Part shown: positions 20,182-31,876 of the stretch, piece by piece
Layout: each line of letters opens with the position of its first letter
How positions within the stretch are numbered: position 1 is the first letter of the stretch
Assembly: GCA_038087875.1 (NCBI GenBank)
Contig: JAXLNO010000106.1
Coordinates: 64,001-98,191, forward strand
Direction of reading: 5' to 3'
Source: Malacoraja senta
Lineage: Eukaryota
Length of the DNA stretch: 34,191 nt
The notes under the pieces: generated by a model
What the model was told of the DNA's origin: nothing
Databases searched by the model: none
Seen by the model: the letters and a program-made list of their open reading frames with translations, nothing else
Made by a program: the position numbers and the translations under genes

Positions 20182-20648
20182 TGGGCCTGTCGCACTTAGG
20201 CTTTTTTTAGATGACTGCTGGCGACTGTCATAGTCGTAGCAGGTTGCCGAAAAACCGGCGACTGGACCCCCCTTCCACATAAAATTTGAAATAGAATCAT
20301 TACATTAACAACAACAAAAAAACAAAGTTAGCACCAGCGACAACTTACGTCACCTGGTGACAACATACGTTAACCTGGTGACAACCTACGCTAACCTGGC
20401 GACAAATATGACAGCACCTATGTCAGGAGAGGTCAAGCTATGCTCATTGGCATCAAACCCATTGTCGCCGACTGTCTCCGAAACATCTTCAACATCTTGA
20501 AAATCCAGCGGTGACCAGAAAGACACTACGACTCTTTGGGCGACTGAGGAGACGACTCACGACCATACAGGCGACAGCCCGGCAACCATGTGACGACAGC
20601 CTAGTCGCCTGCAATCGCCAAAAAAATTGCCTAAGTGGGACAGGCCCA
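20182..20648. mobile_element. PIF/Harbinger-type MITE (467 bp)
   Basis: TIRs tgggcctgtcgcacttaggc / gcctaagtgggacaggccca (19/20), TTA TSD at 20179-20181 and 20649-20651, no ORF, internal ~21-bp repeats. Confidence 0.88.
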
Positions 20649-21955
20649 TTAGTGAGCTATGAACTTGGACTTTAAGATCCTTCTGCACTTCAATGCTGTT
20701 AAGGGTCTTGGCATTAACTGTAAACTCTCTCATTACATTTAATCTCCCAAAGTGCAATACCTCACACTTGCTTGAGTTAAACTCCATTTCCCATTTCTCC
20801 ACCCATTTCCACAGCTGGTCTTTATCCCACTGTTACTTCTGACAACATTCCTCATTGTCTGCAATTCCTCCACTTTTGGTGTCATCAGCAAACTTACTTA
20901 TCGAGCCATATATGTTTACATTTGTGTCATTTATATATATATCACAAGGTCCCAGCACAGATCTCTGCAGTCCTCCAGTGGTCACTGACCTCGCAACAGA
21001 ATATCCACCTTCCAACAAAACACTCTGTCCTCTATGAATAAGTCAGTTATGAATCTATATGACCCAATCATCATGAATCCTATGCATCCAAATCATCTGG
21101 GTCATGAAGGTCATTATCAAAGACCTTACTAAAATCTATGTATACAGATCCACCACCCTACTGTCATCCAGCTCGTTTGTCACCTCCTCAAAGAACTCAA
21201 GTTTGTGAGTCATGACCTGCCGCTTACAACTGGCTATCCCTAATTAGCTGAGACTCTTCCAAATGGGAGTAAATCATATCTTGAAGAATTCCCTCCAATA
21301 GTTTCCCTACCACTGACATGAGGCTCACCAGCCTCTAATTCCCTGGATTCTCACTACTTTCTTAAACAACATTGACCACTCTCCAGTACTCCAGTACCAC
21401 GCCTCTAGCTAGAGGAGCAACCAAGATCCTTGTCAAAACTCAAGCAATCTCCTCTCTTGCTTATCTCAATAACTTGAGATAGATCCCATCAAGCCCTGGG
21501 CAGTTATCCACCATAATATTCTTCAACAATCCCAGCATCGCCTCCGTCGTGATTTCAAACTGCCCAAGCATATTTGTATTCTCCACATTGATCTCTCTAT
21601 CCTCCAAGTCCTTCTCCTCGGTGAATACAGATGCAAAAGTACTTGATTAGTACCTCACTTACATCCTCCAACACCGAGCATATATTCCCTACTTTATCTT
21701 TGAGCGGTCCCAGCTTCTCCCTGGTCACCCTCTTATTTTTAATGTACCTATACAAAGCCATGGGATTTTCCTTAATCTGTTTTAGGTGGCACAACTGCAC
21801 AAGGAGTTGCTGCCTTAGAACAGCAGAGACCCGGGTTCAATCCTTATTGTGGGTGCTTTCTGTACAGAGTTTGTACATTCTCTCTGTGACCACATGGATT
21901 TTCTTTGGGTTCTCCTGTTTCCTCCCACACTCCAAAGAAGTACAGATTTGTAGGT

Positions 21956-24900
21956 CATAAAGAATTGGGCTATTCGGCCCATCAAGTCTACTTTGCCATT
22001 CAATCATGGCTGATCTACCTCTCCCTTCTAACCCCATTCTCCTGCCTTCTCCCCATAACCTCTGACACCTGTACTAATCAAGAATCTATCTATCTCTGCC
22101 TCAAAATATCCACTGACTTGGCCTCCACAGCCTTCTGTGGCAAAAAATTCCACAGGTTCACCACTCTCTGACTAAAGAGATTTCTCCTCATCTCCTTCCT
22201 AAAAGAACGTCCTTTAATTCTGAGGCTATGACCTCTAGTCCTAGACCCACCCACTAGTGGAAACATCCTCTCCACATCCACTCTTTCCAAGCCTTTCACT
22301 ATTCTGTAAGTTTCAATGAGGTCCCCCTTCATTCTTCTAAACTCCAGCGAGTACACGCCCAGTGCTGACAAACGGTCATCATAGGTTAACCTATTAATTC
22401 CTGGGTTCATTCTTCTAAACCTCCTCTGGACCCTCTCCAGAGCCAGCACATCTTTCCTCAGATATGGTGCCCAAAAGTGCTCACAATATTCCAAATGCAG
22501 CCTCACCAGCGCCCTATAGAGCCTCAACATTACATCCCTGTTTTGTATACAAGCCCTCTTGAAATAAATGCTAGCATTGAGTTTGCCTTCTTCACTACCA
22601 ATTCAACTTGCATATTAACTTTTTGGGAATCATGTAGCAGCACTCCCAAGTCCCTTTGCAGCTCCGATTTCTGGATTATCTTCCTATTTAGAAAATAGTC
22701 TACGCCTTTATTCCTACTACCAAAATGCATGACTCCTGACTATGCCGTTCTATATTCCATCTGCCACTTCTCTCCCAACCTGTCCAAGTCCTCCCTGCTT
22801 TCCCTACACTACCTGCCCTTCCACCTATTTTTGTATCATCCTTGAACTTTGCCATAAAGCCTTCAATCTTTGTCCAAATTATTAACATACAACGTGAAGA
22901 GTAGCAGCCCCAGCACCGACCCTTGTGGAACTCCACTTGTCACTTTTAGCCAACCAGAAAAGGACCCCTTTATTGCCACTCTTTGTCTTCTGCCATCCAG
23001 ACAACCTGCTATCTATGCTATCCATGTTATCCATGCTAGTGTCTGCGCTTTGATACCATGGGCTGTCATCTTCCTAAGCAGCCTAACGTGTGGTACCGTA
23101 TCAAAGGTTTTCTGAAAATCTAAATAAACAACATCTACTGACTCTCCTTTGTCTGTCCTGCTGTTTACTTAACCATATAATCATATAACCATTACAGCAC
23201 GGAAACAGGCCATCTCGGCCCTTCAAGTCCGTGCCGAACAGTTTTTGTTTTTTTTGTTTTACCCCCCTTCTTCTTACTTTCCCTTAGTCCCATCTACCTG
23301 CACTCAGAATCTATTTTTAAAGGATAAAATCAAACCTGCCTCCACCACTTCCACTGGAAGCTCATTCCACACAGCTACCACTCTCTGAGTAAAGAAGTTC
23401 CCCCTAATGTTACCCCTAAACTTCTGTCCATTAATTCTCAAGTCATGTCCCCTAGTTTGAATCTTCCCTACTCTCAATGGGAAAAACTTATCCACGTCAA
23501 CTCTGTCTAACCCGCTCATCATTTTAAAGACCTCTATCAAGTCCCCCCTTAACCTTCTGCACTCCAAAGAATAAATACCTAACTTATTCAACCTTTCTCT
23601 GTAACTTAGTTGCTGAAACCCAGGCAACATTCTAGTAAATCTCCTCTGTACTCTCTCTATTTTGTTGACATCCTTCCAATAATTAGGCGACCAAAATTGT
23701 ACTCCATACTCCAGAATTGGCCTCACCAATGCCTTGTACAATTTTAACATTACATCCCAACTTCTATATTCAATGCTCTGATTTATAAAGGCCAGCATAC
23801 CAAAAGCTTTCTTTACCACCCTATCTACATGAGATTCCACCTTCAGGGAACTATGCACAGTTATTCCTAGATCCCTCTGTTCAACTGCATTCCTCAATTC
23901 GCTACCATTTACCATGTACGTCCTATTTTGATTTGACCTGCCGAGATGTAGCACCTCACATTTATCAGCATTAAACTCCATCTGCCATCTTTCAGCCCAC
24001 AGTTCCAAATGGCCTAAATCTCTCTGTAGACTTTGAAAATCTACTTCATTATCCACAACACCACCTATCTTAGTATCATCTGCATACTTACTAATCCAAC
24101 TTTCCACACCATCATCCAGTTCATTGATGTACATGACAAACAACAGTGGACCCAACACAGACCCCTGAGGCACCCCACTAGTCACCGGCCTCCAACCCGA
24201 CAAACAGCCATCCACCATTACTCTCTGGCATCTCCCATTCAGCCACTGTTGAATCCATCTTGCTACTCCATCATTAATACCCAACAGTTGAATCTTCTTA
24301 ACCAACCTTCCATGAGGAACTTTGTCAAAGGCCTTACTGAAGTCCATATAGACAACATCCACTGCTTTACCCTCATCAATTTCCATAGTAACCTCTTCGA
24401 AAAATTCAAGAAGATTAGTCAAACATGACCTACCAGGCACAAATCCATGTTGACTGTTCCTAATCAGACCCTGCTTATCCAGATGCTTATATATAGTATC
24501 TCTAAGTATCCTTTCCATTAATTTGCCCGCCACTGACGTCAAACTAACAGGTCTATAATTGCTAGGTTTACTCTTAGAACCCTTTTTACACAACGGAACA
24601 ACATGCGCAGTACGCCAATCCTCCAGCACTATTCCCATTTCTAATGACATTTGAAATATTCCAGGAAATTCAATGAATTCCAGGAAATTTGTCAAGCAAG
24701 ACCTCCTCTTCACAATGCCATGCTGACTTTGGCCTATTTTATTGTGAACTTCTAAGTAAACTTCATCCTTTATAATGGACTCTAAAATGTTACCAACCAC
24801 CAAAGTCAGACTAACCAACCTATAGTTTCCACTATTCTGCCTTGCTCCCTTTTTGTGCAGTGGGGTATATTGGCAATTGTCCAGTTTGTTCTGTGTTCTG

Positions 24901-25869
24901 GAACCACTCCTGACTCTAGTGATTCCGGAAATATCACTATCAATTACTACACAATATCTAAAGCCATCTCTTTCAGAACCCTGGGGTGCAGTCCATCCGG
25001 CCCATGTGATTTATCTGCCTTCAGCCCTTTCAGCTTCCCAAGCACCTTCTCCCTTGTAATAGCCACTCCACTCACGTCCACCCCCCGACTCTCTTGACTT
25101 TCAGGCACGTTGCTGGTGTAAAAACTGATGCAAAAAGTTCTTCTCTGATATTTCTTTACTCCCTATTTTCACTGCATCATTTTCCAGCAGTCCAACTTCA
25201 CCTCTTGCCTCTTTCTTGCTCTGAAGAAACACTATTATATTATTGGCTAGCTTACCTCTGTTTTCATCTTTTCTCCCCATATTGTCTTATTAGTTACCCT
25301 CTGCTGTTCTTTAAAAGCTTCCCAATCCCCTGGCTTCCTACTAATCTTTGCCATGTCATACACCTTCCCTTTAGTTTATACTGTCCTTGACTTCCCTTGT
25401 CAGCCACAGTCGCCTCTTTCTCCTCCTGGAATCTTTTTTCCTCTTTGTAATGAAAAGATCCTGCATCTTCCGATTATTCCCAGAAATTCCTGCCATTGCG
25501 GTTCCACCGTCATCCCTGCTAGGGTCCCTTTCCAGTCAACTTTGGCCAGCTTCTCCCTCATGCCTCTGTTGTCCCGTTTGCCCAGCAGCAATTCCGACAC
25601 ATCCGATATCACCTTTTCCCTCTCAAATTGCGGATTAAAACTTATCATATTGTGGTCGTTATTTCTTAATAGTTCCTTTATCTTGAGTTCCCTTATCAAA
25701 TCCGGTTCTTAACATAGCACTAAATCCAAAATTGTCTTTGCACTGGTGGGCTCCACTAAGAATCCATCTTAGAGGCACTCTACAAATTCCCTTTCTTGGG
25801 GTTCAGTACCAACCTGATTTTCCCCGTCTACCTGCATATTGAAATCTCCAACATGCCTTTTTTATATGG
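21956..25869 (-). mobile_element. CR1-B, split by CR1-C
   Basis: 3' tail at 21956, LHLEYCEHFWAPYLRKDV, KFKDDTKIGG, continuing after 24670 with QHG..CLTN and NDHNMISF. Confidence 0.88.
23171..24660 (-). mobile_element. CR1-C: young 5'-truncated CR1 with uninterrupted RT frame
   Basis: NYRPVSLTS, QHGF, DFSKAFDKV, GVPQGSVLGP, KYADD all in one frame; (ttatatgg)-type tail at 23171-23190. Confidence 0.95.
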
Positions 25870-26913
25870 AGGTTAATGGACTTCTGTAAGTTGTAAAAAT
25901 TGTCCGCAGTGTGTGTAGGTTAGTGTATGCAGTGATCGCTGGTCGGTGCAGACCCAGTGCACTGTATCTCTAAAGTCAAGCCTCACAAATTTCCAATTTG
26001 ACCCTTCTAATCACCAACTTGAATTCTCTCCTACTCGCTTTACATTCCTCATAAGCTAAGTCTGATGCCATCTTCTTAAACCTGACATACACTTCCTTTT
26101 TCTGCCTGACCAAGTTTACAACCTCCCTGGTCATCCGTGGTTTCCTTTCTTTACCCTTATACCTCTTCCTCAGTAAACCATGCTCATTCTATACTTTTAT
26201 CAACTAGCCTTTAAATTACTCCCACTGTCATCTGTGGATTTACCCAAAACAACTGCTCCCAAACTACGGTCCTTATCTCCTGCGTAATGACATTGCAATC
26301 TGTCTTGTGTCAACTAAGTACCTTCCCCCAACATCCAGACCTGTCCCTATTTAAAACAATCTTAAAACTTATGGAGTTCTGATCACTATTTCCAAATTCT
26401 TCTTCCACTGCAACACCAGTCAGGAGCTCCTTTCCCAATACATGGCCCAGTATGCTCCCTCCTCAAGTCAGACTATCTACATACTATTTCGGAAATATAC
26501 TTGAATACACCTAACAAATTCTGCTTCGTCTAATCTCTTCCCCTGAGTAAATCCCAGTCAATATTGGAGAAGATAACATCACCCACTGTGGTTCTTACAT
26601 CCTTCTGTAATCTGTGTACATATGTGATCCTCTATCTCCTGCTGGCCTATAATGTAATGTCATTGCTCTTTTCTTATTTTTAAGATCAATTCATGAAGCC
26701 TCAGTAGTCGTACCCTCCATATGTCCTCTCTGAGTACCACCATGACATTCACCCTGATTAGCAAAGCACCACTTTTACACCCCCTCTCCATCTCATCTGT
26801 GAAACCCAGGCTTGCTGAGCTGCCAGTTGTGTCCATCTCGCAACCACGTTTCTGTACTTTCCTTTAGTTTTACTTTACTTTAAAGATACAGCATGGAAAC
26901 AGGCCCTCGGCCA

Positions 26914-26946
26914 GTCTGAAGAAGGGTTTCGGCCCGAAACGTTGCC
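26914..26946 (+). ncRNA. Minimal type I hammerhead ribozyme motif
   Basis: CTGAAGA (26916-22) + extra A + helix II GGGT-TTCG-GCCC + GAAA (26936-39) + CGTT; palindromic AACGTT in place of helix III; helix I truncated. Confidence 0.7.
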
Positions 26947-27006
26947 TATTTCCTTCGCTCCATAGATGCTGCTGCACCCGCTGAGTTTCTCCAGCATTTT
27001 TGTGTA
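26914..27006 (+). mobile_element. 93-bp Penelope-type short element with hammerhead motif
   Basis: Bounded by duplicated SINE sequence ccctcgg-cca (26904-26913) / ccctcggtcca (27007-27017). Confidence 0.8.
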
Positions 27007-27568
27007 CCCTCGGTCCACCGAGTCTATGCTGACTAGCGGTCACCTCGTACACAGGCATTATCCTACAAACTAGAGACAATTTACAGAAGTCAATTAACCT
27101 ACAAGCCTGTATGTCTTTGGAGTGTGGGAGGAAACCGGAGCATCTGGAGAAACCCATGCAGTCACTGGGAGAATGTACAAACTCCGTTCAAACAGCACCC
27201 ATACTCAAGACCGAACCCGGGTCTCTGGCGCTATAAGGCAGCAACTCTGCCACTGTGCCACCCTACATTATCACATCACCATAATTCCAAGCACTAATCG
27301 AGGCTCTAAGTTCATCAGCTTTCCCAATAATACTCCATGCATTGAAGTAAACACACTTCAACCCTTCATTATCCCCACATTCATGAACATCTCCCTGCCT
27401 ATCCTTAAGATTTACCTATCATAACCTCCACTTTCTCATTAGTCCTTCCCTCTGCTGACCTGCTGCCAAGGTTCCCCCCTCCACCCTTGCCATTCTGGTT
27501 TTACCCTTCCGAGCAAACCTTCCTGCCAGGATATTGGTGCAACTTGTCCCTCTTATAGAGGTAATCTC

Positions 27569-29239
27569 CAACTGGATCCGACAGTACCTGTCGACCTCCA
27601 TGGAGAAGTACAAAATACCAAAGATCTGGCATCGTGCAGCAGTCATCGCTCTCCCACAGCCGAACAAGCCAAAGGTTGATCCAAAAGCTACCGGCCCATC
27701 TCGCTCCTCTGCATCCCATACAAACTCCTTGAGAGGCTGATCCACAGGCATATCGATCCCATCATAGACCCTCAACTACCCCACGAGCAGGCTGGTTTCT
27801 GCCAAGGTCGAGCTACTGCGGACCACGTAACCCTCCTCACCCAAGACATAGAGGACTGCTTTGAGGCAAATGAGAAGGCAGGAGCTGTTCTTATAGATCT
27901 GACAGCTGCAGATGACACCATGTGGCACCGGGGACTAACTGCAAAAGTACTTCGGGTGCTGCATGGTACACTACATCATGGAGCTGATATCAAACCGCAG
28001 CTTTGTGCTTAAGACCAGTGATGGACAGCAGAGTAGGCTACGTAGACTGAAGAATGGCGTCCCACAGGGATCTGTCTTGGCTTTCAACATGTTTTCACCG
28101 TGTACACCCATGACGTCCCAGAGACCACCGCTGGAAAATATGGTATGCTGACGATCTAGCCATCCTGATGAGACACAAAGAGTGGAAGACAATCGAAAGC
28201 TCCTTGAGTCAAGACATGAGGACTTTGGCAGTATACCTACGACAGTGGCGTCTAAAGCTGAGCAAAGGCAAATCAGTGTCTAAACTACAAGGAAGCTAAG
28301 CGAGAGCTAGCTGTCTTCATTAACAACAGGTGCTTGGACTTCCAACAAACACCCACTTACCTCGGCGTAAAGCTGGACAGGTCGCTTACATTTCGTCAAA
28401 ACCTGGCGGGTCTCCGCGACCAGGTCATGGCACATAGCGGCCTCATCCGACGCCTGGCAGGAACAAGTTGGGGAGCCAGTCCAGCAACTCTTAGCACCTC
28501 TGCCTTAGCTCTTGTGTATGCCCCAGCTGAGTACTGCGCACCCGTATGGAGTAGAAGTAGACATACTAGCCTGGTAGAGACAAGCTTGAACAGCACCATG
28601 CGAACCATCACTGGGTGCCTTCAACCTACTCCAGTTGAGCAGCTCCCTATACTTGTAGGCATTCTGCCTGCAGGGATCCAAAGGCAAGTAGCAACTCTGG
28701 CACTATCTCATCGTGCCATGGACCCAGATCACCTCCTCCATCAGGCTATCTGCAGAGAACAGAGGCCACCCCGACTAAAGTCCGGTCACCCATTTGCTCC
28801 ACATGGAAAACAACTCCTAGCATCCATCCAGCCAACTGAGGCAAAAGCACACTGGATAGTCACCAAGTGGTCACAGGAGTGGAAGGCAACCTCACCTCCA
28901 TTACACAGCTACATCTCTTCACCAGATAAAAGCTGCCCAGGGTCTGACCTACCAGAGGAGCTTAGGTGAACCTCAACAGACTTCGTACAGGAGTTGGGCA
29001 TTTCAATGCCAACATGTGGAGATGGGAACTCCGCCAGAGCCCAGCCTGTGAATGTGGAGCAGAACAACAGACAGCCAACCATGTCATCTCATGGTGGGTG
29101 GTAGAGCATGCCCACTCTACCACCCACCAAATGGAGCTCAGGGCCTGGCAGACATTGACGCAGAGACAACAACCTGGCTGCTCAACACCCGGCTTGAGAT
29201 CTAACTATTCCTTTGGTTTATGTTTCATTCGCAAGAAGA
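27569..29239 (+). mobile_element. 5'-truncated Vingi-like (Ingi-related) LINE, frameshifted
   Basis: RPISLLCIPYKLLERL, EQAGF, DLTAA, NGVPQGSVLA, YADD (28144-28155), YLGVKLDRSL, SWGAS, LNRLRTG..CECG..H; no RNase H seen; cattcgcaagaagaa end; 10-bp TSD aggtaatctc at 27559-27568 and 29240-29249. Confidence 0.8.
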
Positions 29240-29597
29240 AGGTAATCTCTGCTGCAGAAGTGATCCCAATGGTCTAAGAATTTGAATTCCTGTCCACTGC
29301 CCCAAATTCTCAGCTACACATTCATCCATTCTATACTCGTATTGCTACCCTCACTAACATGTGGCACTGGTTGTAATCCAGAGATTACCATCTTCGTGGT
29401 CATGTATTTTAACCTTTGCCGAACACCCTATATTTACTCCACAGGACATTATTCCTTTTCCAGTACAACCAATACTGGTCATGGTTCATAGTTTAGTTGG
29501 TGTTTGTAATGTTTAAGAGCCTGGTGATTCAAGAAGCTGTTCTTGCAACTGGAAATCACGGTTTTCACACCCCTCTACCTTCTTCCTGGAGGAAAAT

Positions 29598-29750
29598 CAA
29601 GTCAGGAGTGTTTTATTGTCCCAGATGGAACAATGAAATTATTACTTGCAGCAGCACAAAAGACTACATGGTAAACAATATAATAAACGAGAAAAAAAAG
29701 TTCATTGTGTGTATATATACACATACTCACAAATATACATCTATACAGTT
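29598..29750 (-). mobile_element. Rex1-like 3' tail fragment
   Basis: gtgttttattgtcccagatggaacaatgaaattattacttgcagcagcaca, similar to 19355-19420. Confidence 0.5.
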
Positions 29751-29751
29751 C

Positions 29752-29845
<94 letters not shown>
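29752..29845. repeat. (ATCT)n / GATA microsatellite, ~23 perfect units
   Basis: Direct reading. Confidence 0.98.
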
Positions 29846-30309
29846 AAAACTCTGTGTGTGTGTGTGCGTGTGTGGGTGTCTGCTTGACTTGTGCCAGCCA
29901 GCCTTTGATTCCTTGCTACGCCAACACCGCACGCAGAAACGCCGAGATTTTTTCCATTTCGGTAAAGATTTCACTTTTCTTTACGAGTTGCCACTCCTGA
30001 TTAAATTTCGTCGTGTTTATGTACACATTTTAAATAAAATTCTTCTCCCCCCCACCCCCATCCCCAAAATGTCAAAATGTTTTAAAAAACAGCTCTCACG
30101 CATAGAATGTTGGTGAAGGTTCCGTCGTTTGATGTCACAATGCCCAATGCTCACAGATGTCCAATCGGAATGGAGCCATTTACATATGCCTTTGCAGCAG
30201 CCCCAGCACCAGCCGCACCCCCGCAGCCTGTGTCGAAGTGCATCATCACGTGTGTGGGAATAGAGAAAGAGGATTGGGGGTGATAGGGAATGGGGGACAG
30301 ATGGACTGT

Positions 30310-31876
30310 CCCTACCCCTCCCCCTTCCACTCTCCCTCCCCACTATTTCTCCTCTCTCCCCCCACCCATCTCCCCCTCCCTCCACACTATTCCCCCTCCC
30401 TCCCCTACCCCATCTACCTCCTCCCCTCCCCCCCTCCCCCACACCTCTCTCCCCCTCCCCATCCCTCTCTCCCCCTCCCCCATCCCTCTCTCCTCCCCCT
30501 CTCCATCTCCCTCTCCTCACCCTCTCCCTCTCCTCCCCATCCGCCCACCTCCATCCCTCTCTCCCCCACCCCCTTCCCTCTCCCCCTTCCCTCCCCCACC
30601 CCCTTCCCTCTCTCCCCCACCCCCTCCCCACTCTTCCCCCTCCATCCACACTCTTCCCTCTCTACCCCTACCCCATCTCCCTCCTCGCCTCACTCCCCCC
30701 TCCCCCACACCTCTCGCCCCCTCCCCTCTCTCCTCCCCTCCCCCACCCCTCTCTCCTCCCTCTCTCCATCTCCCTCTCCTCCCCCTCTCCCTCTCCCTCT
30801 CCTCCCCCTCCATCTCCAACCCCATCCCTCTCTCCCCCACCCCCCTTCCCTTTCCCCCGTTCCCTCTCCCCCCAACTACCCTCCCCCACCCCCACTCCCC
30901 TCCCCCATCCCCTTTCCCTCCCCCAGCCCCCTTCCCTCCCCCACCCCCTTCCCTCTCACCCCCACCCCATTCCCCATCCCCACTCTTCCCCCTCCATCAA
31001 CACTCTTCCCCCTCTACCCCCTACCTCCTCGCCTCCCTCCCGCCTCCCCCACACCTCTCTCCCCCTCCCCTCCCCTCTCTCCTCCCCTCCCCCACCCCAT
31101 CTCCTCTCCATCTCCCTCTCCATCTTCCTCTCCTCACCCCTCTCCCTCTCCCCCCCCTCCTCCTCCCACCCCAATCCCTCTCTCCCCACCCCCCTTCCCT
31201 CTATACCCACCCCATTCCCTTTCTCCCCCGCCACCTTCCCCCTACCCCTCTGTCCCTCTTCCACCCTTCCCCCTCCTCTTCCACCCTTCCCCCTACCTCC
31301 CCACTCTTCCACATCTATCCCCCTTACCCCACCCCTCCTCCTCTCCCTCCCCCACCCCTCTCTCTCCCCCACCCGTTCCCCTACTCCTCTGTCCCTCTTC
31401 CGCCACTCCCCCGTCCCTCTTCCACCACTCCCCCCACCCCTCTCCCCCTCCCCCTCCCTCCCTCCCCACTCTTCCACTTCTCTCTCCCCCTCCCACTCTT
31501 TCCCCTCTCTCCCCCCACCCCTCTCCCCCTCCCTCCACACTCTACTCCCTCCACTACCCCATCTCCCTCCTCCCCTCCCTCCCCCATCCGTCCCTCCCTC
31601 CCCCACACCTCTCTTCCCCTCCCCATCCCTCTCTCCCCACCCCCTCCCTCTCTCCCCGTTCCCTTCCCCCTCACCCCCACTCTACCCCCTCCCTCCACAC
31701 TCTTACCCCCTCTCTCCCCTACCCTATCTCCCTCCTGCCCCTCCCCCACACCTCTCTCCCCTTCCCCTCTCTCCTCCCCTCCCCCACCGCTCTCTCCCCC
31801 CTCCCACCCCCATCCCTCTCTCCCCCAACCCCCTTCCCTGTCTCCCCCCGCCCCCCTGCTCCCTCCCCCCCCCCCA
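30310..31876. repeat. C/T-rich low-complexity tract (G-rich minus strand)
   Basis: Imperfect ccccatccctctctccccc-type repeats with almost no G. Confidence 0.95.

Larger units (their letters stand above)
21784..25975 (+). mobile_element. HE1/V-SINE-like SINE split by CR1-B (21784-21955 and 25874-25975)
   Basis: B-box-like gggttcaatcc; rejoining gives tttgtaggttaat as in the uninterrupted SINE at ~5820; aggt duplicated at 21952-21955 and 25870-25873. Confidence 0.85.
26862..27263 (-). mobile_element. HE1/V-SINE-like SINE carrying a 93-bp insertion
   Basis: Reverse strand gggtggcacagtggcagagttgctgcc..cccgggttcggtc head, core, tail gggcctgtttccatgctgtatc plus (taaag)n. Confidence 0.9.
19516..29461 (-). 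mobile_element. CR1-A: old CR1 spanning part of ORF1 to the 3' end, broken by four direct insertions
   Basis: Collinear pieces: 3' tail/RT 19516-20181 and 20652-21782 (SKFADDTKSGG), linker/APE 25976-26860, APE start LKCVYFNA plus ORF1 end 27264-27568, ORF1 esterase 29250-29461. Confidence 0.85.
19353..29590 (-). mobile_element. Rex1-like 3' end in two pieces (19353-19515 and 29462-29590) separated by CR1-A
   Basis: Left piece resembles the tail at 29598-29700; right piece aagaagctgttcttg...taccttcttcc is the reverse of the GRRYR..SFF region at 16130-16240; agta at both junctions. Confidence 0.5.

Noticed and set aside
16150..20410. CRISPR-like arrays (28-bp and 21-bp repeats)
   Set aside because: Head-to-tail repeats without unique spacers, no cas genes, eukaryotic TE context.
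5669..27263. tRNA genes
   Set aside because: The tRNA-like segments are decayed SINE heads with no complete cloverleaf.
9387..29277. Prokaryotic retron/DGR/group II intron or a domesticated multi-RT system
   Set aside because: All RTs are non-LTR retrotransposon types with tails, truncations, TSDs and disabling mutations.
29497..30116. ORFs with (IYLS)n repeats
   Set aside because: Translation of the ATCT microsatellite.
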